Shown here: one piece after another, positions 1 through 8,856 of the stretch
Position numbering within the stretch: the stretch's first letter is position 1
How the letters are laid out: each line of letters starts with the position of its first letter
Position numbers and translations under genes: made by a program
Notes under the pieces: model-generated
Told to the model about the DNA's origin: nothing
Database searches by the model: none
Seen by the model: the letters and a program-made list of their open reading frames with translations, nothing else
Source: a bacterium
GTDB lineage: Bacteria > UBP14 > UBA6098 > 4484-93
Assembly (NCBI GenBank): GCA_021158465.1
Contig: JAGGUN010000019.1
Location: 82,796 to 146,795, forward strand
DNA length: 64,000 bases
Direction: 5' to 3'

Positions 1-1090
1 AGTTGTTCTTTTTGCTATTGCCCTGTGGGGTTGGCACAAGTGGAGCGAGACGAAGAAGCGGCGTTCCTCAGAATACTTCTACTCAGGACTTCTAAAACTC
101 ATCCGCGGAGATAGGAGAGGCGCACTGGTTGACCTGAAACACGCAGCACAGGAATCATCGGATAATATCACCTCATATATTCTTATAGGTGATATACTTC
201 GTGAGGAGAAAAAGCCTGCTAAAGCCCTTCAGGTGCACAAGTCGATAACCATCCGCTCAGATATAAAGGAAAGCGAAAAAGCAGATGCTTACAAGAGCCT
301 TATCCTTGACCAGATAGCTCTCGGTATGCACAAGGACGCACTCCAAACGGCGAAGAAACTGCTCTCCGTCCGCAAAGACGATTGGGCAGTGAATATCTAC
401 CTCGAGGAATTGGAAGCAAACGAAAACTGGGAGGAGGGAATAAACTTTTTGTCGAAGCTGCCCAAAACCGAAAGGAGGGATAAGCTTCTATCCTTCTACG
501 AGGTGGAACTCGGGAAAAAGTTCGTCAGTGAGGGGGAGAACCGAAAAGGGAGGATACACTTCAAGGAAGCGATAAAGCTGAACAAGGAATGCTACCCCGC
601 ATACATTGAAATAGGGGAAGCATATGTGAAAGACGAGCGCATAGATGATGCTATTGCTTGGTGGACAAACTTTTCTGCGCAGTTCCCCGATAAGGCGTAC
701 CTCGTGATAGAGCCGCTCGAGAAGGCGTTCTACGATAGAGGTAAGTTCCAGCAGGTGGTAAACTTCTACGAAACACTCATAAATGAGGGCAAGTCCAGTA
801 GAGAGATATTCTTCGCGCTCTCAAACATCTATGTTAAGATGGGAGATTACGCTTCAGCAATATCTACTCTCGAACGGCTTGATGCGAAAAACAGGGAGGA
901 TAAGATCCAACTTATGTACCTTTACTTCCAGAATCAACAGTTCGACAAAATAGAGGGGCTCATCAAAGAAATCTATGAGGAAACAATTTCTGCAAAGAGG
1001 AAATTCATCTGCAAAAGTTGTGGGTATGAGAGTGAGCGTCCCCTCTGGCGGTGCCCAGGATGCAATGAATGGGATTCATTTAATATTTAG
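1..1090 (+). CDS. LapB/YciM-like protein with TPR repeats and a C-terminal rubredoxin-type zinc ribbon. The 5' end is partial: the reading frame is open from base 2, so the start lies upstream of the window.
   Basis: No stop codon in frame from position 2 to the listed ATG at 233. The upstream in-frame residues (VVLFAIALWGWHKW) look like the end of an N-terminal membrane helix. TPR-like helical repeats follow. The C-terminal CKSCGYESERPLWRCPGCNEW has two CxxC pairs, as in the LapB rubredoxin domain. Confidence 0.55.
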   Translation, partial: VVLFAIALWGWHKWSETKKRRSSEYFYSGLLKLIRGDRRGALVDLKHAAQESSDNITSYILIGDILREEKKPAKALQVHKSITIRSDIKESEKADAYKSLILDQIALGMHKDALQTAKKLLSVRKDDWAVNIYLEELEANENWEEGINFLSKLPKTERRDKLLSFYEVELGKKFVSEGENRKGRIHFKEAIKLNKECYPAYIEIGEAYVKDERIDDAIAWWTNFSAQFPDKAYLVIEPLEKAFYDRGKFQQVVNFYETLINEGKSSREIFFALSNIYVKMGDYASAISTLERLDAKNREDKIQLMYLYFQNQQFDKIEGLIKEIYEETISAKRKFICKSCGYESERPLWRCPGCNEWDSFNI

Positions 1091-1856
1091 CATTATTCTC
1101 CTCCTCTCTTTCGCTTGCTTGGGAGCAGAACCTCCCAAGGTAAACACAGAAGTCGAATACTGGAAGAGGGCATACTCGATTAACGATGACCAGGATGAGA
1201 AGGAAGTTTTGGCTTGTAAGATAGGTAAGTACTATTATTCCAGGGGATTATATAAATCTGCTATAAAATATCTTGATAAAACTACTGAATCCACCTGCTT
1301 TCTCCTGAAGATAAAGACTCTCGTTGTTCTTGGTAGGTTGGATGAGGCGTTTGACCTTGTGGAGAAACTTAAGCCCGATTGGCTAAAATCTATCATCATA
1401 GGGGATATCTGCTTCAAAAAGGGAAAATATCAAGACGCCTATACATTCTATCGGCTTGTTCCGGAGGATGCTGTGTATAAGCCGTTTGTCCTCCTAAAAG
1501 AGGCGGAATGTCTTTCTCTTTTGGGCGAGACCGATGAAGCCCAGCAGATCTACTCTAATCTCGTCGGCGATTTTGAAGGAACATTTGTAGCCGAGGTTGC
1601 AAAGAGGCGGCTGAAGGAAGAGTACAGGGAGCATTACTACATTCAGCTGGGAGCGTTCTCAACAGAGGAGGCTGCCATCTCCTTCAAGGAGAAGCTTGAG
1701 AAGAAGAAGGGGATAAAACTTGACATCGTCAGCAAGACCGAAGGTGAAAGAACGCTCTATTGCGTGAGATACGGTGATTTCCCATCTCGTGCAGGGGCAG
1801 AGAATAAGGCAAAAGAGATCTTTCAGGATACGATCTTCCTTATAGGTTGGGAGTAA
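1065..1856 (+). CDS. Secreted TPR-repeat protein with a C-terminal SPOR (septal peptidoglycan-binding) domain.
   Basis: The internal ATG at 1065 gives a signal-peptide-like N-terminus (MNGIHLIFSIILLLSFACLGA) and avoids a long overlap with the upstream gene. TPR-like repeats follow. The C-terminus (YYIQLGAFSTEEAAISFKEKL...YCVRYGDFPSRAGAE) matches the SPOR fold pattern. Confidence 0.5.
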   Translation: MNGIHLIFSIILLLSFACLGAEPPKVNTEVEYWKRAYSINDDQDEKEVLACKIGKYYYSRGLYKSAIKYLDKTTESTCFLLKIKTLVVLGRLDEAFDLVEKLKPDWLKSIIIGDICFKKGKYQDAYTFYRLVPEDAVYKPFVLLKEAECLSLLGETDEAQQIYSNLVGDFEGTFVAEVAKRRLKEEYREHYYIQLGAFSTEEAAISFKEKLEKKKGIKLDIVSKTEGERTLYCVRYGDFPSRAGAENKAKEIFQDTIFLIGWE

Positions 1857-4462
1857 TGGCGCGGCGGGAAAAGCTTACATTAATGAAGCAGTACAACTCT
1901 ATCAAAGCCAAGTATCCGAACAGTTTGTTGTTGTTTCGTATGGGAGACTTCTACGAGACCTTTGGAGATGACGCAAAGATTGCATCCGAGGTTCTGGGTA
2001 TTACTCTGACCTCTCGTGACCACGGTGAGGGGTCTCGTACACCGCTTGCTGGGATTCCCTACCATTCGCTTGACAGGTATCTCAAGAAGCTTCTCGATGC
2101 TGGTATCCGTGTTGCGATATGTGAGCAGCTGGAGGACCCAAAGCTTGCCAGGGGGCTTGTCAAGAGGGATGTAGTGGAAATTATAACCCCTGGAACGATA
2201 ACCATATCCGAGGCTCTCGATGAAGGCAGAAAGAATTTTCTCCTTGCCCTGTTCCCTGTGGAGGAGAAGTTTGCACTATCCTACATCGATGTTCTCTGCG
2301 GCGATTTCTATACGAAGACTATCCCGCCATCTCGCCTCTCATCTGAGCTTATGATAATCTCGCCCGCTGAGGTACTCGTCCCTGGGAAGATCGACGGCGG
2401 GGTCCTGAAGGTGGTAAAAAGCTATGTGAAGAACATTACTTATGTTGACGACTGGAAATTTGACTATCGGTTTGCTGCAGATACATTAAAAGAGTTCTAC
2501 CATGTGAATAGTCTTGACGGTTTCTCCCAGATACCTGATGAGGAGATCGTAGCAAGTGGGGTTATAATCGACTATCTGAGAGGGCTTAAGAAGGTCGGGT
2601 TTAGGCACATCTCCTTTCCGAGGGGTGGGAAGAGGTCGGACTATCTTGAGCTTGGTGAGTCAACCGTCAGAAACCTTGAGCTTATTCGTTCCTTCACTGG
2701 TCACAAGGAAGAAGGTAGCCTCCTTGGAAGCATAGATGAAACCGTTACCCCGATGGGCAAAAGGTTACTTCGGGAGTGGCTTCTTCGTCCGCTATGCGAC
2801 CGTGAGAAGATAGAGGAAAGACTGTCTGCTGTTGATGAGGCTATCCAGCATCTGGATCTCACCGAGACAATAAGGGAATACCTGTCTGGTATCGGTGACA
2901 TCGAGCGTCTTTCCGGCAAGATAGGCGCGAGGAAAGCAGGTCCCAGGGATATCGCAGTTCTACGCGAGGCGCTTCGCCTCGTGCCGAAGATTAGGAAAAC
3001 CCTTGAACTATTTTATTCGAAGAAACTTGTTGAAATAAGGGAAAATATCGAGGACTTCTCACCGCTCCTGAATGCAATCGAGAGGACTATCCTCCCTGAC
3101 CCGCCTGCACGGATAACAGAGGGTGGTGTAATAAGGGATGGTGTGTCGTCGGAGCTGGACGAGCTCCGTTCGATAAGGGATGATGCCCAGGGTTGGTTGA
3201 AGAATCTTGAGGCATCCCTTCGGCAAAGGACTGGTATCAGCAAGCTCCGTGTTGGCTACAATAAGGTCTTCGGCTACTATATTGAGGTAACAAAAAGCTT
3301 CCTCGACCGCGTTCCCGATGATTTCATCCGCAAGCAGACGCTCGTCCAAGCTGAGAGGTTTATAACACCAGAGCTCAAACAGTTTGAGGAGAAGATCCTC
3401 TCATCATCAGAGAGGATTGTTGAGATTGAGAAGGGTATCTTCGAGGAGCTGCTCCACTTTGTTGAGGGATGGGCGTTCAAATTGCGTAATCTGGCTCAAC
3501 TCTTCTCACAACTTGATCTCCTTCTCGGGTTCGCCACTCTTGCAGTGAAGAAGCGCTACTGTCGCCCTGTCATCCGCGAGGACGACCGCATTATCATAAA
3601 GGAGGGTCGTCACCCGGTAATTGAGGATTTCATTGGAGCCTCAGCATACACCCCAAACGATACATTCCTCTCAAATGATAGAGACCAGATCCTCGTTGTC
3701 ACTGGACCAAATATGTCGGGTAAGTCAACATACCTACGGCAGACCGGACTCATCGTGATAATGGCTCATATGGGCTGCTTTGTCCCGGCAACATCGGCGG
3801 AAATATGCCTTGTCGATAAGCTCTTTACCCGTGTCGGTGCATACGACAACATAGCCCGGGGGCAGTCTACATTTCTGGTGGAGATGGTAGAGGTAGCAAA
3901 TATTCTAAACAATGCAACATCACGCTCGCTCGTTTTACTGGACGAGATAGGTCGAGGGACATCAACATTTGATGGATTATCGATTGCCTGGGCTGTGGCA
4001 GAATGTCTCCATAATCACAAGACCGTTCGACCAAAGACAATCCTTGCTACACACTATCATGAACTGACCGAACTTGCAACCTACCTTCCAAGGGTAAAGA
4101 ACCTGCAGGTGATAGTCAAGCGGGTAGGAGAGAATATCCATTTCACACACAAGATAATGGAAGGTGGCTGCGATGACAGCTACGGAATAGAGGTGGCAAG
4201 GTTGGCAGGGCTACCAGAAGAAACAATCGGACGGGCAAGGGAGATACTCGAAGCCCTTGAAACAGGCAAGTCACCGATAAGCTCAAAAGCAATATTTAAG
4301 AAGAGTAAAAAAGAGAAGTACGGAGGGTATCAGATAAGCCTGTTTGAGCCAGAGTATCATCCACTTATCCAAGCACTGAGGGAACTGGACATCGATAACA
4401 TCACCCCTATCCAGGCACTGGAAATACTCTCCCACTGGAAGGAAAAATGGAAAAGGTTCTGA
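1856..4462 (+). CDS. mutS: DNA mismatch repair protein MutS.
   Basis: N-terminus LTLMKQYNSIKAKYPNSLLLFRMGDFYETF. Walker A motif GPNMSGKSTYLRQ. Motifs TFLVEMVE and DEIGRGTSTFDG. Length about 870 aa. The ATG at 1856 overlaps the upstream stop codon (TAATG). The ORF track's TTG at 1847 is the less likely start. Confidence 0.95.
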   Translation: MARREKLTLMKQYNSIKAKYPNSLLLFRMGDFYETFGDDAKIASEVLGITLTSRDHGEGSRTPLAGIPYHSLDRYLKKLLDAGIRVAICEQLEDPKLARGLVKRDVVEIITPGTITISEALDEGRKNFLLALFPVEEKFALSYIDVLCGDFYTKTIPPSRLSSELMIISPAEVLVPGKIDGGVLKVVKSYVKNITYVDDWKFDYRFAADTLKEFYHVNSLDGFSQIPDEEIVASGVIIDYLRGLKKVGFRHISFPRGGKRSDYLELGESTVRNLELIRSFTGHKEEGSLLGSIDETVTPMGKRLLREWLLRPLCDREKIEERLSAVDEAIQHLDLTETIREYLSGIGDIERLSGKIGARKAGPRDIAVLREALRLVPKIRKTLELFYSKKLVEIRENIEDFSPLLNAIERTILPDPPARITEGGVIRDGVSSELDELRSIRDDAQGWLKNLEASLRQRTGISKLRVGYNKVFGYYIEVTKSFLDRVPDDFIRKQTLVQAERFITPELKQFEEKILSSSERIVEIEKGIFEELLHFVEGWAFKLRNLAQLFSQLDLLLGFATLAVKKRYCRPVIREDDRIIIKEGRHPVIEDFIGASAYTPNDTFLSNDRDQILVVTGPNMSGKSTYLRQTGLIVIMAHMGCFVPATSAEICLVDKLFTRVGAYDNIARGQSTFLVEMVEVANILNNATSRSLVLLDEIGRGTSTFDGLSIAWAVAECLHNHKTVRPKTILATHYHELTELATYLPRVKNLQVIVKRVGENIHFTHKIMEGGCDDSYGIEVARLAGLPEETIGRAREILEALETGKSPISSKAIFKKSKKEKYGGYQISLFEPEYHPLIQALRELDIDNITPIQALEILSHWKEKWKRF

Positions 4463-7395
4463 TTAAAATTTTAATCACCACTCTTCTGCCTTCCGCTGCT
4501 TTCTGCCAGTTCGGGAGAAATAAGCTCCAGATAGGGAATCCTGACTGGTATGAGTGGGATACCGAGCATTTTGAGCTGTACTATCATGCTGGCTACGATT
4601 CCCTCGCCTCTATTGGGAAGGGGTATCTGGACATAGGATACGAGCATCTGACAAGCTCCCTCGGAAGGTCGCCTGACTATCCTCTCCCTGTAATTATGTA
4701 TCCGTCTCCGAATGAGTTTCTTGAGAACAATGTCTCGCTTGAGATCCTGCCGGAGGCAACAGGCGGATTTACTGAGGCTTTCAAAAACCGAATAGTTGTT
4801 CCGTTCAACGGAAGCTATCGTGAATTCTCCCATGTCCTTCGGCATGAACTGGTTCACGCATTCCAGTTCTACTTACTCTTTGGTGGGAATATATCATCCA
4901 TTGTATCTGCCAGCAGGTTTGTTACCCCTCCGCTCTGGTTCATTGAGGGGATGGCGGAGTATCTTTCTCTCGATTGGGATTTCGAGTCTGATATGTATAT
5001 TCGTGATGCAGTAGTTCACGATCATCTCTTGCCTCCAGGTGAGATAGAAGGTTTCCTCGTATACAAGCAGGGGCAGTCAATGGTCAAGTATATCGCCGAG
5101 CGGTACGGTGTGAGAAAGCTTGGTGAGATACTCTCCAAGATGAAGCTTTCACCTTCCGTTGATGATGCGTTTGAGGACGCGATCGGCAGGGACCAAGAAA
5201 AGCTATATGAGGAGTGGAGGAGAGAGATAAAGGAGTATATATGGAGAGAGTTGCCTGGTAGGGAGTTTGCAGATGATTTTGCCACACGGATAACTGACCA
5301 CAGGAGGGAGGGCTCTCATTTCAATGTTCGTCCGGTCTTTTCTCCCGATGGGAACTATATCGCTTACTTCTCCGATGAGAGCAACTATTCCGACCTTATG
5401 CTCGTCTCCGTTTTGAGCAAGGAGAGGCGTCATCTTGTCAAGGGGGAGCGGAGCGGGGATTTCGAGGGGTTTCACTCGTTCTCGAGCGCTCCTGCATTCT
5501 CGCCTGATGGCAGGAGGGTTGCCTATGTTACAAGGCGTAAAACGAGGGATTATATCGCCATTTTTGATATAGAGAGGAAAAAGGTAGTAGAAGAGATCTG
5601 CCCGAGACTGAACGCACTTTTTTCTCCAAGCTTCTTCCCCGATGGTGAACGGCTCGTCTTTTCCGGATTGTCAGGGATGAAGCTTGACCTATATATCTAC
5701 CATTTTGAGAGCGGAAGATTTTCCCGTATAACTGATGACATCTATCCTGACAATGAGCCATCTGTCTCTCCTGATGGGAGATTTGTTGCGTTCGCATCGG
5801 CTCGACCGCTCGATACAGATGATACAACATCGCTTGATAGGCTTGAGAAGAATATATTCATTTACGATGTTGAAGGGGATTCGATATTTCCTGTAACCCA
5901 TGACGGTTTCTCAAGCTCCAGTCCGTCTTGGGGACCGAACGGTAGGCTTGTCTATTCATCCTATCGAAACGGGATATCCAATCTATACCTGTATGATATG
6001 GCTGAGGGGGTTTCTTACCCATTGACCGATGTGGTGACTGGAGCTTTCTTCCCATGTTTCAATCCTGACGGAAGCTCCATAGCGTTCTCTACCTTTCAGG
6101 ATAACGGCTGGGATATATTCATCCTCGAAAATCTCTCGCCAAAGGAGAAGATAGCGGATACACCGTTCAGGGAAGGAGAGCCCGTTTTCAAGCTGCCGGT
6201 AGCGAGGGAAGAGGAAAAGGATACATCCGAGACAGGGGGGATAACCGAAGAGTTTTCAAAATTTGTCTTTGCAAAGGAGCCGAGGAGAGAGAAAAAAGAG
6301 ACGAGGAAGCTCGGGAAGAAGCGCTACACGCCAAGCTTCTCCGCTGACTATGCCACTGCTTCACTTTTCTACGACACATTCTACGGTATCCAGGGGCAAA
6401 CAGTCCTACTTTTCAGCGATATGCTCGGCAACCATAGGATCTTCCTCGCTACAGACCTCTTCAACACAACAGACAACGCCAACTTTTATCTATCATACAC
6501 TTATCTCAAGCGTAGAACAGACATCGGGGGAACTATATTTCACACGAAGAATTATTTTATAGACAATAATGGAAGATTCTTTTCTGACAGGGTGTACGGC
6601 ACCGAGCTCTATGTTGCTTATCCCTTTTCGCAGTTTGTGCGGGCTGAGATGAGCATAGCAGGGCTTTTGTTGAACCGTTGTTTCTATGAACCCCCGTTCG
6701 ACGACAAAAACATCTCCTTCGTTGGAGCAGAGGTCGCATGGGTAAAAGATAACTCCCTTTGGGGAGACACAGGACCTATCAACGGGACAAGGGTAAGGTT
6801 CAAGTTGGAGGGGTTGCCACCCCTCTCTTCTGATTCATACAATTACATAGAGGTTCAAGGAGATGCGAGAAGATACTTCAGGATCTTACACAAATACACA
6901 TTTGCTATGAGGTTGACAGGGGGCGTGGTAACAGGTAAAAATCCGAAGCGTTATTACCTTGGTGGAGCGTCCCAGTGGCTCAACTACCGGGTTGCTACCG
7001 ATGATATCTACTCGGTCAGAGACATGTATCTATCAAGTTACATCTATCCTCTGAGAGGATACAGATTGTTTGACCTTTTCGGGACAAGGTATGCACTCTT
7101 TAACTTTGAGTTCCGCTATCCGTTCATTGAGAAGGTCTCCTTTGGTTTTCCACCGATTGAGATGCGGAACATAAACGGAGCGGTCTTCGTCGATGTAGGT
7201 TCTGCCTGGGATAATGACTATAGCTTTAGACCTGTTATGAACTCAAGGCTTAAGGATATAAAAGCTGGTGTTGGTATCGGCGTTCGGGTGAATCTTGGGA
7301 TGCTGCTTTTCACCTGGGATACAGCGTGGAGCACCAATCTTGTTGACATATCAGCACATCCTGTATATTATTTTACCTTAGGAGCTGAATACTAA
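4447..7395 (+). CDS. Large outer-membrane fusion protein: signal peptide, HExxH peptidase-like N-terminal domain, TolB-like PD40 beta-propeller repeats, and a C-terminal Omp85/surface-antigen-type beta-barrel.
   Basis: Signal peptide MEKVLIKILITTLLPSAAFC. LRHELVHAF is an HExxH motif. Several PD40-type repeats (FSPDGNYIAYFSD, SPDGRRVAYV, FFPDGERLVFSG, SVSPDGRFVAFAS, WGPNGRLVYSS). The C-terminal region is rich in alternating aromatic and Gly residues and ends with an aromatic residue (YYFTLGAEY), as outer-membrane beta-barrels typically do. Confidence 0.6.
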   Translation: MEKVLIKILITTLLPSAAFCQFGRNKLQIGNPDWYEWDTEHFELYYHAGYDSLASIGKGYLDIGYEHLTSSLGRSPDYPLPVIMYPSPNEFLENNVSLEILPEATGGFTEAFKNRIVVPFNGSYREFSHVLRHELVHAFQFYLLFGGNISSIVSASRFVTPPLWFIEGMAEYLSLDWDFESDMYIRDAVVHDHLLPPGEIEGFLVYKQGQSMVKYIAERYGVRKLGEILSKMKLSPSVDDAFEDAIGRDQEKLYEEWRREIKEYIWRELPGREFADDFATRITDHRREGSHFNVRPVFSPDGNYIAYFSDESNYSDLMLVSVLSKERRHLVKGERSGDFEGFHSFSSAPAFSPDGRRVAYVTRRKTRDYIAIFDIERKKVVEEICPRLNALFSPSFFPDGERLVFSGLSGMKLDLYIYHFESGRFSRITDDIYPDNEPSVSPDGRFVAFASARPLDTDDTTSLDRLEKNIFIYDVEGDSIFPVTHDGFSSSSPSWGPNGRLVYSSYRNGISNLYLYDMAEGVSYPLTDVVTGAFFPCFNPDGSSIAFSTFQDNGWDIFILENLSPKEKIADTPFREGEPVFKLPVAREEEKDTSETGGITEEFSKFVFAKEPRREKKETRKLGKKRYTPSFSADYATASLFYDTFYGIQGQTVLLFSDMLGNHRIFLATDLFNTTDNANFYLSYTYLKRRTDIGGTIFHTKNYFIDNNGRFFSDRVYGTELYVAYPFSQFVRAEMSIAGLLLNRCFYEPPFDDKNISFVGAEVAWVKDNSLWGDTGPINGTRVRFKLEGLPPLSSDSYNYIEVQGDARRYFRILHKYTFAMRLTGGVVTGKNPKRYYLGGASQWLNYRVATDDIYSVRDMYLSSYIYPLRGYRLFDLFGTRYALFNFEFRYPFIEKVSFGFPPIEMRNINGAVFVDVGSAWDNDYSFRPVMNSRLKDIKAGVGIGVRVNLGMLLFTWDTAWSTNLVDISAHPVYYFTLGAEY

Positions 7396-7410
7396 TTGAG
7401 GGAGAGATGA

Positions 7411-8799
7411 ATGGTCAGAATACTCGTAGTGGACGATGAGGAGAGTATGTGTAAGTTTATGCGGATAATGCTCTCCAAGAGCGGTTATGAGGTAGCTACT
7501 GCCTTATCTGCGAAGGAGGCGCTTGCTCTCCTTGATAAGTCCAGTTTTGATATAGCGATACTGGACATTAAGATGCCTGAGATGTCCGGGGTTGAGCTCT
7601 TGCGAGAGATCCGGAAGAAAAATCAGACGATCAGTGTGATAATGATGACGGCTTATGCCTCACTTGAGACAGCGATCGAGGCTCTGCGGGAGGGTGCGAG
7701 CGACTATATCACCAAGCCGTTCCAGATAAGCGAGATAAGACATTCCATCAAGAGGATCTTGGAGGAGAGGGAACTTCGTGAGGAGAATGTATTGCTAAGA
7801 GAACAGGTGAGTGAGGGCGCATCCATCGACGAGTTTGTCGGGAGTTCCCCAAAGATTCTGGAGATGAAAGAGCTTATCAAGACGATAGCACCGACCGATA
7901 GCACTGTTCTCATCCTTGGGGAATCAGGCACAGGTAAGGAACTTGTGGCGAGGGCGATCCACCGCCTGAGTGGAAGGGCGGATGCTCCTTTTATCTCCGT
8001 TAACTGTGGTGCCTTGCCGGAGCAATTGCTAGAGAGCGAGCTGTTCGGACATAAGAAAGGGAGCTTCACAGGCGCTGTCAGGGACAAAGAAGGGCTTATG
8101 AAGGCGGCTGACCGCGGGACATTATTCTTGGATGAAATAGGAGACACATCTATGGCTATCCAGGTAAAGCTTCTGCGAGCAATCGAGGAGAAAGAGATAA
8201 TACCGATCGGCTCGACCTCATCTGTGAAGGTGGATGTGAGGATTATAGCAGCAACAAATTCCAACCTCGAGGATATGGTTAGAAAAGGGGCGTTCCGGGC
8301 AGACCTATACTATCGATTAAATGTTTTCCCAATATCCATTCCTCCGCTCCGGGAACGGAGGGAGGATATTATACCGATAGCGGATCACTTCTTGAAAAAA
8401 CTTGTCAACAGGATGAATGACAAAAGAGAGGTGCATTTCTCGGAAACAGCGAAGAAGCTTCTCAAGAAAGCTTACTGGGCTGGAAATGTCCGCGAGTTGG
8501 AGAATGTTATCGAGAGGGCATACTTTCTGAGCAAGGATGGGGTGATAACCGAAAGGGAGCTTCCTGAGCACATAAGAAAAGGGGAACAACCGATCGCCCA
8601 GAGGCGGAAACAAAGCCTTGTCGGTGGTATCCTTCCTCTTGAAGAGATAGAAAAGGCTTACATCTTTTACACATTGAACCGGGTTGGTTGGAAAAAGACG
8701 GAGGCGGCGCGAGCGCTCGGTATTGACCCGTCAACACTCTATCGAAAGATTGAAAAATATAAACTTACACCCCAGAAGACCTATGAGGAAAATCCTTGA
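7411..8799 (+). CDS. Sigma-54-dependent response regulator, NtrC family: receiver domain, AAA+ sigma-54 activator domain, Fis-type helix-turn-helix.
   Basis: Receiver domain with the conserved Asp (DIAILDIKMPEMSG). Walker A GESGTGKELVARAIH. The GAFRADLYYRLNVFPISIPPLRERREDI motif. C-terminal HTH (KTEAARALGIDPSTLYRKI). Confidence 0.9.
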   Translation: MVRILVVDDEESMCKFMRIMLSKSGYEVATALSAKEALALLDKSSFDIAILDIKMPEMSGVELLREIRKKNQTISVIMMTAYASLETAIEALREGASDYITKPFQISEIRHSIKRILEERELREENVLLREQVSEGASIDEFVGSSPKILEMKELIKTIAPTDSTVLILGESGTGKELVARAIHRLSGRADAPFISVNCGALPEQLLESELFGHKKGSFTGAVRDKEGLMKAADRGTLFLDEIGDTSMAIQVKLLRAIEEKEIIPIGSTSSVKVDVRIIAATNSNLEDMVRKGAFRADLYYRLNVFPISIPPLRERREDIIPIADHFLKKLVNRMNDKREVHFSETAKKLLKKAYWAGNVRELENVIERAYFLSKDGVITERELPEHIRKGEQPIAQRRKQSLVGGILPLEEIEKAYIFYTLNRVGWKKTEAARALGIDPSTLYRKIEKYKLTPQKTYEENP

Positions 8800-8823
8800 C
8801 TTTCACGTTCCATTTCCTAAAAT
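8796..8823 (+). promoter_or_regulatory. Candidate sigma-70-type promoter (TTGACT, 16-nt spacer, TAAAAT) upstream of the large secreted protein gene.
   Basis: TTGACT at 8796-8801 and TAAAAT at 8818-8823, about 33 nt upstream of the ATG at 8857. Found by eye only. Confidence 0.3.
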
Positions 8824-8856
8824 AAAATGTGCTATAAAAAGGGGAGTTCAAAAGAT

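Noticed and set aside
975-1064. Upstream start (975) for the TPR-SPOR protein
   Set aside because: It creates a 116-nt overlap with the LapB-like gene. The internal ATG at 1065 yields a proper signal peptide.
7704-8264. 186-aa minus-strand ORF
   Set aside because: It is antisense within the well-supported NtrC-family gene.
8800-8856. Sigma-54 (-24/-12) promoter downstream of the NtrC-type activator
   Set aside because: No GG-N10-GC element with TGGCAC/TTGCW character is visible by eye. Only a sigma-70-like element was found.
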